From Pseudomonadota bacterium (GTDB taxonomy: Bacteria; Desulfobacterota; Syntrophobacteria; Syntrophobacterales; Syntrophobacteraceae): a stretch of 64,000 nt of DNA. Both the position numbers and the translations under genes were made by a program. The notes under the pieces are model-generated. The model saw only the letters and a program-made list of their open reading frames with translations, was not told the DNA's origin and ran no database searches. Position 1 is the stretch's first letter. Each line of letters opens with the position of its first letter. Shown here one piece after another: positions 37,726 to 47,193 of this stretch. The stretch spans positions 1,801 to 65,800 of the forward strand of contig JAEZXS010000244.1 of assembly GCA_023442755.1 (NCBI GenBank), read 5' to 3'.

Positions 37726-38720
37726 TACTGGACCTCGAAAAATTCATTGCGAAACAGCGGGGAGTCTGGCGCGAACTCGATGAGCTGCTGAGCGTGCTGG
37801 AAAGAGATTCCGGCGCGCGGATGGACCTGGAGAAGATAAAGCGCTTTCACTATCTCTACCAGGTTACCTCCGCCGATCTGGGCAAACTGCGGAGTTTCGC
37901 CTGCGAGCCCGAACTGCGGGCCTACCTGGAGTCATTGGTCGCTCGCGCGTTCGGCGAGATCCACGACGGCGGACCGGGGGGCTCCCGAGTGCGGGTTCGC
38001 GGGGCATTCTTCAATTCATTTCCCGGGGTCTTTCGCCGACGCATAGCGGCTTTCCGGCTGGCCCTTGCCGCCATGCTGGTAGGCGCTTTCTTTGGGGCGG
38101 CGCTGCTGGTAATCGACAGCGATGCCAAGGAAGCCCTTCTGCCTTTCGACCAGCTTCTCGGCAGTCCTTCCGAACGCGTCGCAAAAGAAGAACTGGGGGG
38201 GAATGAAGCACTTGAAAAACGCAAAATTGTCTTTTCCAGTCAACTGATGACCAACAACATCCGGGTTGCAATACTCTGCCTGGCAATGGGCATCACTTTC
38301 GGGACAGGCACCCTGGTGCTTCTCTTCTACAACGGCGCAATCCTTGGAGTGGTCGTTCTTGACTACCTGAGGGCGGGACATACGGCCTTTCTCATGGGAT
38401 GGCTGCTTCCGCACGGTTCGGTTGAAATACCGGCCATTCTGATCGCGGGCCAGGCAGGGCTCGTCCTTGCGGGAGCGCTTATCGGCCGCCGGGACTGCAT
38501 GCCGCTGGGCGCCCGGCTGCGCGGCGTCTCATCCGACTTGGTGGTGCTTATAGGCGGGACCGCGGTCATGCTCGTCTGGGCCGGAATAATAGAGGCATTC
38601 TTTTCACAGTACCACGAGCCCAACCTTCCTTATGCCGCAAAGATCGTCTTCGGGGTTGCCGAACTGCTCGTTCTCATCCTGTTTCTGGCAAGAAAAAACC
38701 CGAATTCCGAACCGGCGTGA
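37722..38720 (+). CDS. SpoIIM-like (DUF95) membrane protein (gene 9)
   Basis: NNIRVAILCLAMGITFGTGTLVLLFYNGAILG...LLPHGSVEIPAILIAGQAGL. GTGA overlap (GTG start). Confidence 0.75.
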   Translation: MILDLEKFIAKQRGVWRELDELLSVLERDSGARMDLEKIKRFHYLYQVTSADLGKLRSFACEPELRAYLESLVARAFGEIHDGGPGGSRVRVRGAFFNSFPGVFRRRIAAFRLALAAMLVGAFFGAALLVIDSDAKEALLPFDQLLGSPSERVAKEELGGNEALEKRKIVFSSQLMTNNIRVAILCLAMGITFGTGTLVLLFYNGAILGVVVLDYLRAGHTAFLMGWLLPHGSVEIPAILIAGQAGLVLAGALIGRRDCMPLGARLRGVSSDLVVLIGGTAVMLVWAGIIEAFFSQYHEPNLPYAAKIVFGVAELLVLILFLARKNPNSEPA

Positions 38721-38732
38721 GGGGATTCAATC

Positions 38733-39521
38733 ATGCCCGACAAAACCAAAACGCTCTCCGTCAGGACACCCGAAGGGATTGAATTTTCGTTGCAGATCGC
38801 AGGACCGGCGAGCCGTTTTCTCGCCTGTCTGATTGACGCGTCCTGCATCTCCGCGGCGGCGGTTTTTGTCGGCAACCTGCTGAAAATGGTTACGGTGGTC
38901 AGCGAACAGCTCGGTATGGCCCTGCTGGTTCTGTCATATTTCGCAATCTCCGTTGGCTATGGGATAGCCCTGGAATGGTTGTGGAGGGGAAGGACGATCG
39001 GTAAGCGGCTGTTGCGCCTCCGGGTGATGGACGCACAAGGATTGCGGTTGCAGTTCAGCCAGATCGTAGTTCGCAATCTTCTTCGTGCGGTGGACAGCCT
39101 GCCCTTTTTCTACATGGTGGGTGGAGTGGCTTCCCTCCTGAGTCTTCGTGGCCAGAGAGTGGGGGATATCGCGGCGAATACCGTTGTGGTGAGGAACCCC
39201 GAAATATTCGAGCCTAACCTGGAAAAACTGCTGCCGGACAAATACAATTCCCTTCGGGAATATCCGCATTGGGCCGCCCGCCTGCGCGGCAACGTTTCGC
39301 CGGAAGAAGCCTACCTGGTGATGCGCGCGCTTTTGCGACGCGACCAGCTCGATCCTGTCGCAAGGGTCTCCCTTTTCGGTGAAATGGCGGCACACCTGAA
39401 ATCGATCGTCCAGTTTCCGCAGGAAGCCCTGGAGGGAATAACTGACGAGCGGTATCTCAGAAACGTGGTGGACGTGGTCCTTCGCCCCAGCGCCGACGGC
39501 CGCCGCAACGGGTCAGAGTAG
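38733..39521 (+). CDS. RDD-family membrane protein (gene 10)
   Basis: RFLACLIDASCI...RGRTIGKRLLRLRVMD...VRNLLRAVD. GAGGGG lies before the ATG. Confidence 0.75.
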   Translation: MPDKTKTLSVRTPEGIEFSLQIAGPASRFLACLIDASCISAAAVFVGNLLKMVTVVSEQLGMALLVLSYFAISVGYGIALEWLWRGRTIGKRLLRLRVMDAQGLRLQFSQIVVRNLLRAVDSLPFFYMVGGVASLLSLRGQRVGDIAANTVVVRNPEIFEPNLEKLLPDKYNSLREYPHWAARLRGNVSPEEAYLVMRALLRRDQLDPVARVSLFGEMAAHLKSIVQFPQEALEGITDERYLRNVVDVVLRPSADGRRNGSE

Positions 39522-39680
39522 CGCTTTGGCATCCTGCATGATGTACTCCTCCCGGATGGACTCCCCTCGAATGACCTGGTGATTTTATATTTCCAGGACT
39601 GCCTTCGAATCCCGAAATCGGGCCGATCATCCGTAAGGCGCACTGGCGTCACCAGGCACACGCAGGTGCGGCAAGCGGAT

Positions 39681-39710
39681 TTGTTTTGATCTATCGGGTG
39701 CTCCTATAAT
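39681..39710 (+). promoter_or_regulatory. Candidate sigma70-type promoter for fabH
   Basis: TTGTTT-N18-TATAAT, read directly, about 70 nt upstream of the fabH ATG. Confidence 0.35.
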
Positions 39711-39779
39711 AAATACTCTGGTTCACGCTTCGTTATTGAGGAGCATACTTATTCAACGCATAAAGGAGATCGGTCTGCA

Positions 39780-40760
39780 ATGAGAGCTGGAATTATCGGC
39801 CTGGGCCATTATGTTCCGGAAAAAATCCTGACCAACGAGGAGTTGGCGGACAGAATAGGGATGCCCCCCGAAGGTATTTTGCATCGCACCGGCATCAGGG
39901 AGCGGCGCGTTGCCCGCCCCGGAGAGGCCACATCGGACATGGCGACGGCCGCCGCCGCAATGGCCCTGAAGAATGCGGGTGTCGATGCCGCGGAAATAGA
40001 CCTGACAGTTCTGGCCACCTGCACTCCCGATGACGGCATCGCCCCCACTGCCGCTGCGGTTCAAGCGCGCATCAAGGCCGGAAACGCTCCCGCCTTCGAC
40101 TTGGGGGCGGCCTGTTCGGGATTCATTTATGCCCTTGTAATGGCCGGCCAGGCGATTTCGAGCGGGCTTTACCGCAAAGTGCTCGTCATCGGCGCCGACA
40201 GCATGACCCGGGTAGTTGACCCGAACGACGCTCAGACGGTTATACTGTTTGGCGACGGCGCCGGGGCTGCGGTGCTGGCGGAAGTGCCCGAGGGGTATGG
40301 GCTGCTGGCCGCCGATCTGGGTTCCGACGGAGCGGGCAGGGGGAATATCGTGGTGCCGGCCGGCGGAAGCCGCATGCCCGCCGCGGAGGAAACGGTCGCA
40401 AACGGGCTGCATTACATGCACATGGAAGGAAGGAGCGTGTTCACCTTCGCCTTGAAAGCCATGGGAGACTCCGTCCTGCGCGTGCTCGACAAGGCCGGAC
40501 TGGACCCGGGCGCCATCGATCTTTTTGCCCCCCACCAGGCAAACATTCGCATTATCGAAGCTGCGGCCAGGAGGATCGACCTCCCGATGGAAAAGGTTAT
40601 CGTGAACATCGATCGTTACGGTAATACTTCTGCGGCCTCCGTCCCGATCGCGCTCAGCGAAGCCGCCGCGAGCGGGCGGATCAGGCGGGACGACCACCTG
40701 GTGATGGTCGGTTTCGGGGCGGGCTTGACATGGGCCTCCTGTACCGTGAAATGGTTCTGA
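39780..40760 (+). CDS. fabH: Beta-ketoacyl-ACP synthase III
   Basis: Active-site contexts GAACSGFIYAL, PHQANIRII and YGNTSAASVP. AAAGGAGA lies before the ATG. Confidence 0.9.
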   Translation: MRAGIIGLGHYVPEKILTNEELADRIGMPPEGILHRTGIRERRVARPGEATSDMATAAAAMALKNAGVDAAEIDLTVLATCTPDDGIAPTAAAVQARIKAGNAPAFDLGAACSGFIYALVMAGQAISSGLYRKVLVIGADSMTRVVDPNDAQTVILFGDGAGAAVLAEVPEGYGLLAADLGSDGAGRGNIVVPAGGSRMPAAEETVANGLHYMHMEGRSVFTFALKAMGDSVLRVLDKAGLDPGAIDLFAPHQANIRIIEAAARRIDLPMEKVIVNIDRYGNTSAASVPIALSEAAASGRIRRDDHLVMVGFGAGLTWASCTVKWF

Positions 40761-40949
40761 TGCAGAGTTATTGTTCAACGGCCGACTCCAGTGGAATTTC
40801 TGTATGGAGGTGCAGTGGCTCCCGGTGAGGTTTACCGGGGAGCCGCGCAGCGGCAATCAATACGTCGGTGGAATGCCAGGCAGAACTTCGCGCGTATGAA
40901 AGAGAAAAAGACTCTTTGCGCAGGGCCGGGGGAGTCTCCGGCCCTTTTC

Positions 40950-42107
40950 CTAGGACATGAGCAGAAGATACGACCTGAGATTATGCCTGTCCCCCTGCAG
41001 TCCGAGCTTTTTCCTGATGTTCGCCCGGTGGCATGCAACGGTCCTGTCCGAGATGTACAGTACTTCCGCGATATCCGCAGTCGATTTTCCATCCTTCACA
41101 AAACTTGCGACCTGGATCTCCGTTGGAGTCAGTGCGGCGTGCTGCATGGTGAGAGTCCTGCTGAAAGGCGATGTGATTTCAGCCAGGTGCGAATCCAGGA
41201 TTTCCACCAGCGTAGCATGAGAACTGCTCAGATTGCTGTTTTTCAGCCTGTCCAGGTAGGGAGTGATGAGGTTCCGTATGTTTGCCAGTATGGACTCGCC
41301 GAGTTCCGTCCTGTCATCATCTCTCTGCTTGAGAAGAACCTTTAACGCGGTATTGATCTCTTCCAGGTGCTTCGATTTTTCAGCCAGTTCCGCAGTCCTC
41401 TGCGCAACCCTGTTTTCCAGCTCGCCGTAAGCTCTGCGGAGTTCCTCCTCCATCCGCTTTCTTTCCGTGATGTCTCGGGCAATGGATGAGGCGCCGACGA
41501 TCTTTCCCGATGCATCCCGGATCGGCGAGACCGAGAGGGAAACGTGTATGTGCGCGCCGGATTTCACGCGGCGAATGGTTTCGTAGTGGTCGACGAATTC
41601 GGACCTGCTGATCCTGCGGAGAATTTCCGAAACCTCGCTTTGAAGCTCTTCCGGAACCAGGATGGATATATTCCGGCCGATCGCCTCCTGGGCCGTATAG
41701 CCATAGATCTTTTCCGCTCCCCGGTTCCAGATGATGATGTCCCCGTCCAGCGACTTGCCGATAATTGCGTCATCGGAAAACTCGACGATTGCCGCCAGCA
41801 TGGAGTTTACCTCCCGGATCCGTTCGCGGGCGGTGATATCGGCGTAGCAGGCCGATAACCCCTCCGAAGCCGGGTAGGCACGCCATGCAAACCATGCTTC
41901 GAGAAGCTCCGGGTAGTACGCCTCCGGGTGGAAAGCTGAAGGGGTTTCCCGCAACTCGCCGTGTCCGGCGGTCGATCGCTTTCTTGGTTTTTTCTCGTCG
42001 GTCATTTCGGCCCCCAGGAGCCTGTCCGGCGTGCTGAAGGCAACCCGCTTTTCAGGCGAAGAACCTGCGCGAGGGGATCCGAGCGATCGGGCCTCGGTAC
42101 CACTCAC
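40950..42107 (-). CDS. PAS-domain LuxR-family transcriptional regulator
   Basis: PAS (IVEFSDDAIIGKSLDGDIIIWNRGAEKIYGY...), a coiled-coil linker, and C-terminal LuxR HTH LTPTEIQVASFVKDGKSTADIAEVLYISDRTVACHRANIRKKLG. The start is uncertain: GTG at 42107, or ATG at 42005. Confidence 0.8.
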   Translation of the reverse strand: MSGTEARSLGSPRAGSSPEKRVAFSTPDRLLGAEMTDEKKPRKRSTAGHGELRETPSAFHPEAYYPELLEAWFAWRAYPASEGLSACYADITARERIREVNSMLAAIVEFSDDAIIGKSLDGDIIIWNRGAEKIYGYTAQEAIGRNISILVPEELQSEVSEILRRISRSEFVDHYETIRRVKSGAHIHVSLSVSPIRDASGKIVGASSIARDITERKRMEEELRRAYGELENRVAQRTAELAEKSKHLEEINTALKVLLKQRDDDRTELGESILANIRNLITPYLDRLKNSNLSSSHATLVEILDSHLAEITSPFSRTLTMQHAALTPTEIQVASFVKDGKSTADIAEVLYISDRTVACHRANIRKKLGLQGDRHNLRSYLLLMS

Positions 42108-42112
42108 GGCAT

Positions 42113-42135
42113 AATATCTATGTCATCTAGATATT
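42113..42135. promoter_or_regulatory. Inverted repeat AATATCTA-N7-TAGATATT upstream of the PAS-LuxR gene
   Basis: Read directly at 42113-42120 and 42128-42135. Confidence 0.3.
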
Positions 42136-42343
42136 CCCTATACACTAAATCAGTTTTGGATAGCAAAGAATAACCGCTATCATGCATAAAAATTCACAAC
42201 CGCTGCCCTCAATCCGAGGTGAGAAAAAAACAGGCTTTCCCTGCGCCGGCAGCGCCCGCAACGCCGGCCCCGGTTTCCTTCGGGCAAGGGAGAGTGGTTT
42301 CGGGTCGTCTTCGGTTTCAGAGACCCTGTGGGCCGAGGACACA

Positions 42344-42490
42344 ATGGACAGGGACCGATTTTCCAAGTGGAGGAATGAGATGAAGGCGATTCTCGATTCT
42401 ATGTACGGGTACTGGGCGTTTCTTCTGGCGATATCGCTCGGTATGGCAGCGTTTATTTACTTCATGTGGCTCCAGGGCAGCCTGGCCTAG
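42344..42490 (+). CDS. Possible 48-aa membrane protein
   Basis: GAGGA lies 5 nt before the ATG. Product: MDRDRFSKWRNEMKAILDSMYGYWAFLLAISLGMAAFIYFMWLQGSLA. Confidence 0.3.
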   Translation: MDRDRFSKWRNEMKAILDSMYGYWAFLLAISLGMAAFIYFMWLQGSLA

Positions 42491-42876
42491 CCAAGAAGCC
42501 CGGTGCTTCACTGCAAGAGCAAACCGGCGGGATCTTCGGTGTGACGCTGAGGGTCTCGCTTTTTTGTCTTTTCATGGGCGCCCGTATCAAGCCACATCAT
42601 TCCGTGATCATAGTTGATCCGGGTCCGGATGACAGTCTCGCCTATGCCCACTCGCCCTGAAGCAACGGTTCGAGTGGACGTTCGGTCTTTCTCATTTTCA
42701 AGTCATTGAAGATTCCCGCCGTTGCCATACTCTCTTATTTCCGTATCCAGGCTCACCCCCGAGTTCCTCGGAAATACCTATGAAGTAGATATCCTGTTCA
42801 ATAAATGTTAATATCTTCGATTGCTTCACGACCCCAGGCCCGGTTTCGCCAAATCCAATGTAAACGAGGACAGAAG

Positions 42877-44622
42877 ATGCGATATTCGCAGGCATTCATC
42901 CATACCCTTTTCGAGGTGCCCAAAGAGGCGGAAACGCCTTCCCACATTTTTCTTCTCCGCGGTTCCTACATCTATCCCGTCGCCGCGGGGTTCTATTCGC
43001 TCCTGCCGCTCGGCCACCGCGTGATCGAGAAGATCAAAAGGATCATGCGCGAAGAACTCGACGGAATCGGCGGACACGAACTCACCATGCCCGTGGTCAA
43101 TCCCGCGGAACTCTGGAAAAAGACCCGGCGCTATTTCGATATTGGCGAGGAGTTGATCCGGTTCAAGGACCGCCGCGACCGAGACTTCGTTCTGGCCATG
43201 ACCCACGAGGAAGTGATAACCGACATCGCGAAGCAGTTCCTGCGCTCCTATCGCGACCTGCCGATCATGCTCTACCAGATCCAGACGAAGATCCGCGACG
43301 AAGCCCGTCCGCGAGCGGGACTCCTTCGCGTGCGCGAATTCTTCATGAAGGACGGCTACAGCTTCCACCCGGACTTTGCCGACCTGGACGCCTACTACCC
43401 GAAAATCTACAATGCCTACCTGCGCATCTTTTCCCGGTGCGGGCTTGAGACGGTCCCCATCGAGGCCGATTCCGGCATAATGGGCGGAAGTGGTTCCCAC
43501 GAGTTCATGCTCGAGTCGCCGAACGGGGAGGACCGGTTCGTGATCTGCCCGGGTTGCGGCTACCGGGCCAATACCGAAAAGGCTGCGGGTCTGAAGCCGT
43601 CCGGGGACGAACTGCCGGATAATCCACCTTCGATGGAAAAGATCGCAACCCCCGGCGTAAAGACCATAGCCGACCTGATGCGCTTTTTCGATTCCACCGA
43701 AGAACATTTCCTGAAAACGGTGGCCTACCAGGCCGACGGCGAACTGGTCCTGGCGGTTGTGCGCGGGGACTTCAACGTCTCCGACACCAAGCTGACCAAC
43801 CACCTCAAAGCTGTCCACCTGGAGTTCGCCCCCGAAGAACTTCTGGCCAAAAAAGGCCTCTTTGCGGGTTTCCTCTCGCCCGTGGACCTCAAAGACGTCC
43901 GGATGGTGATCGACACCTCGGTCTCGGACCGCATGCTCTATGTCGCGGGCGCGAATGCTCCGGATATGCACGTCAAAAACGTGCTGCCGGGACGCGACTT
44001 TCCGGTCGCCGAAAAGGTCGACATCACGGAAGTGCGGGAAGGCGACACCTGCGCGGCCTGCGGAGCGGCTACCCTGGCGATCCGCCGCGGAATCGAACTC
44101 GGACATACCTTCAAACTCGGGACGAAATACACCGCGCCGGAAAGCATGGACGTCACCTATCTGGACAATTCCGGGGAAAAGCACCGCGTCATCATGGGGT
44201 GCTACGGAATCGGCGTCGAACGGCTGATGGCAGCCGCGGTGGAAAAATGGCACGATGAGTCCGGGATGCGCTTTCCGATCAACATTGCCCCCTACCAGGT
44301 CGCGGTTTGCCCGATAGGGAAAAAGCCTGAAATCGTGGAAATGGCCGAACGCATTTACGATCGGCTCGGGGAAACCTACGAGGTCCTCTACGACGACCGG
44401 GACGAGTCCGCAGGCGTCAAACTCAAGGATGCGGACCTGATCGGCATTCCCATCCGGATCGTGGTCAGCCAGAAGCACCAGAAAAACGGCGAAGTGGAAT
44501 TGAAGATCAGGCAGACCGGCGAAGTGCGAATCTGCCCGGAAAAGGACCTGTATTCGGTCCTGGAAGAAATCGTGAGGGGGTTGCAGCCTTCCGTCGAGGG
44601 TCTGCAGTACATGCCGGAATAA
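42877..44622 (+). CDS. proS: Proline--tRNA ligase
   Basis: [32 protein letters not shown]..., class II motifs, full length (581 aa). GAGGA lies before the ATG. Confidence 0.92.
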   Translation: MRYSQAFIHTLFEVPKEAETPSHIFLLRGSYIYPVAAGFYSLLPLGHRVIEKIKRIMREELDGIGGHELTMPVVNPAELWKKTRRYFDIGEELIRFKDRRDRDFVLAMTHEEVITDIAKQFLRSYRDLPIMLYQIQTKIRDEARPRAGLLRVREFFMKDGYSFHPDFADLDAYYPKIYNAYLRIFSRCGLETVPIEADSGIMGGSGSHEFMLESPNGEDRFVICPGCGYRANTEKAAGLKPSGDELPDNPPSMEKIATPGVKTIADLMRFFDSTEEHFLKTVAYQADGELVLAVVRGDFNVSDTKLTNHLKAVHLEFAPEELLAKKGLFAGFLSPVDLKDVRMVIDTSVSDRMLYVAGANAPDMHVKNVLPGRDFPVAEKVDITEVREGDTCAACGAATLAIRRGIELGHTFKLGTKYTAPESMDVTYLDNSGEKHRVIMGCYGIGVERLMAAAVEKWHDESGMRFPINIAPYQVAVCPIGKKPEIVEMAERIYDRLGETYEVLYDDRDESAGVKLKDADLIGIPIRIVVSQKHQKNGEVELKIRQTGEVRICPEKDLYSVLEEIVRGLQPSVEGLQYMPE

Positions 44623-44670
44623 TCCTCCCCGTATGATCCTGCTCTCCAACGCAAAGCTGCTGCCGGAACT

Positions 44671-44693
44671 CCCTCCCCGTGAAGCGGGGAGGG
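44671..44693. terminator. 9-bp GC hairpin between convergent proS and the SYLF gene
   Basis: CCCTCCCCG-tgaag-CGGGGAGGG. There is no clear U-tract on either side. Confidence 0.4.
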
Positions 44694-44707
44694 GATAGTC
44701 TGATCTG

Positions 44708-45403
44708 TTAAGCGCAAACGTGCGACGGGGCGCCCGTATATTGCGCTACTATACAGGAAAAAGTTCTTGCCGCCATGGGGAAGCTCCTGGCGGGTGTTCT
44801 GATCGGATCGGAGACGCCGTAAAAAGCACGGTTGGCATCATGGTTGAAAGCCAGCTGCGCGCCCTGGAGAGCCACACCGGCAAACAATCCGCGGCTCCTC
44901 GAATAGGAGTAGACCTCGGCCGCCAGTTGTGCGTCCGTATTCGCCTCGGCGGTCCTGCCCACCGGACCGGCCGCTATGGAAACGGTGCCGCCCAGGATGA
45001 ACTTACCCCTATGCATGGCTTCCACACTCCTGGGAGTCTTGAACACCAGCACGAGGTCGGACGATTGCACTCCCGCCTGGAACCCGAGGCTGCCCCCCGA
45101 CAAAGTCACGAATCCGGGCTCGCTCCAACTCCCGTCCGCTGTCCGCACCACCATGATTCCCTGCCCGTAAGTTCCCCCTATTCCGAGCCCCACCTTCATC
45201 GTGTTCGGAATTACGGCAATCCCGAAGGAATGTCTGAGCAGGTCGGCCGGAATTCCCTGTTCGGGAATGGACATGATCTCCCGCAGCACCGCCGTGGCGG
45301 TTTCAAGGCGTGCAACTTCGTTCTGGCCCTGAGCCATGGCGGGGAGAGAAAGTATCGGTATAAAAAGACCCAAAATCAGCAATGGAATGGCAATATATCT
45401 CAA
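44708..45403 (-). CDS. SYLF (Ysc84/DUF500) domain lipid-binding protein, secreted
   Basis: GIAVIPNTMKVGLGIGGTYGQGIMVV...GGSLGFQAGVQSSDLVLVF...GLFAGVALQGAQL. Signal peptide present. Confidence 0.75.
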   Translation of the reverse strand: MRYIAIPLLILGLFIPILSLPAMAQGQNEVARLETATAVLREIMSIPEQGIPADLLRHSFGIAVIPNTMKVGLGIGGTYGQGIMVVRTADGSWSEPGFVTLSGGSLGFQAGVQSSDLVLVFKTPRSVEAMHRGKFILGGTVSIAAGPVGRTAEANTDAQLAAEVYSYSRSRGLFAGVALQGAQLAFNHDANRAFYGVSDPIRTPARSFPMAARTFSCIVAQYTGAPSHVCA

Positions 45404-45568
45404 TGGGATACTCCTTTCTTTTTTTAATCTAAAATAATCATCTACGAAGCATTAGCGAAAGATTCTCAGATATGGCTAGGCCCGATAACTGATGTCCGGA
45501 TATCCTGACATGGCGGCGCCTTGTTGTTAACTTCATAATATTGCTAATAAAATTATCAGGAGGCAGAT

Positions 45569-45943
45569 ATGGCCGAACCGCCAAAAAGAAGCAGCGTGAG
45601 AAGCAGCATACCTAAAAAGAAAGCGCTCGCGGCAGACGAGTTGGGCGCCGGCTTGCAGAAGGCATTGGGCGGGCTCACCGAAGAGTTGGGAGGAGTCGTC
45701 GGAGGGCTCGGAAAAACCGTAGGAGGCCTCACCCAAGGAGTGGCCGGGACCCTGCAGGGGCTGCTCGATCCCCTCCAGCAACTTCAGCAGCAGGCCCTCG
45801 GCGGATCTGAGGAAGCCGGCGAGGCGTACGACCGGGCAGTGACCATGATCCGGAAGTCTTCCAAAAAGGGCAACCAGGGAGCGCAAGACCTTCTGAATGC
45901 CCTGGGCGAAGCGCTTGAAGAGGGGGAAGAAGACGCGGCGTAA
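45569..45943 (+). CDS. Hypothetical Gly/Leu-rich low-complexity protein
   Basis: AGGAGG lies before the ATG. Reiterated GGL/GL motifs: LGGLTEELGGVVGGLGKTVGGLTQGVAGTLQGLL. Confidence 0.45.
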   Translation: MAEPPKRSSVRSSIPKKKALAADELGAGLQKALGGLTEELGGVVGGLGKTVGGLTQGVAGTLQGLLDPLQQLQQQALGGSEEAGEAYDRAVTMIRKSSKKGNQGAQDLLNALGEALEEGEEDAA

Positions 45944-45956
45944 CAACAATTTAAAT

Positions 45957-46316
45957 CGCGGGGAAATCCCGCGCCTCGCACATGGCCGTCAACTAGGTGA
46001 CTGTTGAGAACTGGTCGGGGTAAGACAAAAAGAGCTCACCGCAGAGACGCAGAGGACGCCGAGAAACACGCATGAGGCTTTCCAAAATTGGGCATAAATG
46101 CTCTCTCTGCGGCCTTAGTATCTGCACAGCGAAAAAGGCAGAGAACGCAGAGCAAGCTAAATGGAGATATCATTGCGAACCGCTGAATTTGTACTTTTCG
46201 TTTTTCCTCCGCGTTCTCAGCGCCTCTGCGGTTGATTTGATTTGATCCATAAAGGAACGGATATTCGCACGAAGTGTTAAGTTGACGCCCATATGCGCCT
46301 CGCGGGATTTCCCCGC
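45957..46316. repeat. About 360-bp element with nested terminal inverted repeats (MITE-like or long-hairpin element)
   Basis: Outer arms 45958-45994 and 46280-46316 match inverted in 32 of 37 positions (gcggggaaatcccgcg...cgtcaact). Inner family-D arms are at 46034-46067 and 46204-46235. No ORF. Confidence 0.7.
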
Positions 46317-46363
46317 ACCCATCTTACGGGGTGCTCATTCTCCCAGCGATCTGCGTCCCTTGA

Positions 46364-47188
46364 TCACGCGCTCTTCGGGGAAAAGCGGTTTCTGAGGTGT
46401 TCGAGCAGGATCGAGGCGAAGAAGAAAGCCGCGGCCACCATGATGATGGCGGCGCCCGAGGTGAGGTTGAGCGTGTAGGAGAACCAGAGCCCTACGAGGG
46501 AAAAAATGCAGTTGAGGATGACGGAGAGAACCATCATCGCTTTGAGCGACCCGCAGAATTTTTCCGCGATGAAGGGGGGGATGGTGAGCAGGGCGATTAC
46601 CAGGATGAGCCCGACGACGCGGATGAGCATGATGACCGAAAGGGCGATCATTGCGAGCAGGACGTAGTAGAGCGCATTGACAGGAACGCCCATGGCGCGG
46701 GCGAATTCCTCGTCGAAGGACATGGCGAGAAAGCTGTTGTAGAAGAGCCAGACGATTGTCAGGACGAGGACGTCAATCACTCCCGTCAGGATGATGTCGA
46801 GCCTGGGCACCGTCAGGATGCTTCCGAAGAGATAGCTCATGAGGTCGACGTTGTAGCCGGATGTGAGATCTATGAGAATGATGCCCAGGGCCATTCCCAC
46901 CGCCCACAGAACGCCGATCACCGTGTCGGCTCGCTGTTTGTTTTTCAGGGTCACCGCGGACATTATCATCGCGATGATCAGGGAAAAACCGGCGGCCCCA
47001 GCCAGGGGCGGGAGCCGGAAAAAGAAGGCTATGCCGATTCCACCGTAGGCGGCATGGGCGATCCCGCCCGAAATGAAGACAATCCTGTTAACGACCACAA
47101 GAGTTCCAATGACCCCGCATACGATGCTGGTGAGCAGGCCGGCGAGGAGAGCATTCTGCATGAATTCGGACTGAAAGGCTTCGAGCAT
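46364..47188 (-). CDS. znuB: Metal (zinc/manganese-type) ABC transporter permease
   Basis: Typical ZnuB/MntB-like polytopic sequence. Operon with the ATPase and binding-protein genes. Confidence 0.8.
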   Translation of the reverse strand: MLEAFQSEFMQNALLAGLLTSIVCGVIGTLVVVNRIVFISGGIAHAAYGGIGIAFFFRLPPLAGAAGFSLIIAMIMSAVTLKNKQRADTVIGVLWAVGMALGIILIDLTSGYNVDLMSYLFGSILTVPRLDIILTGVIDVLVLTIVWLFYNSFLAMSFDEEFARAMGVPVNALYYVLLAMIALSVIMLIRVVGLILVIALLTIPPFIAEKFCGSLKAMMVLSVILNCIFSLVGLWFSYTLNLTSGAAIIMVAAAFFFASILLEHLRNRFSPKSA

Positions 47189-47193
47189 ATCTT

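Noticed and set aside
42826-44649. 607-aa ORF on the minus strand
   Set aside because: It is antisense to proS, which is unambiguous.
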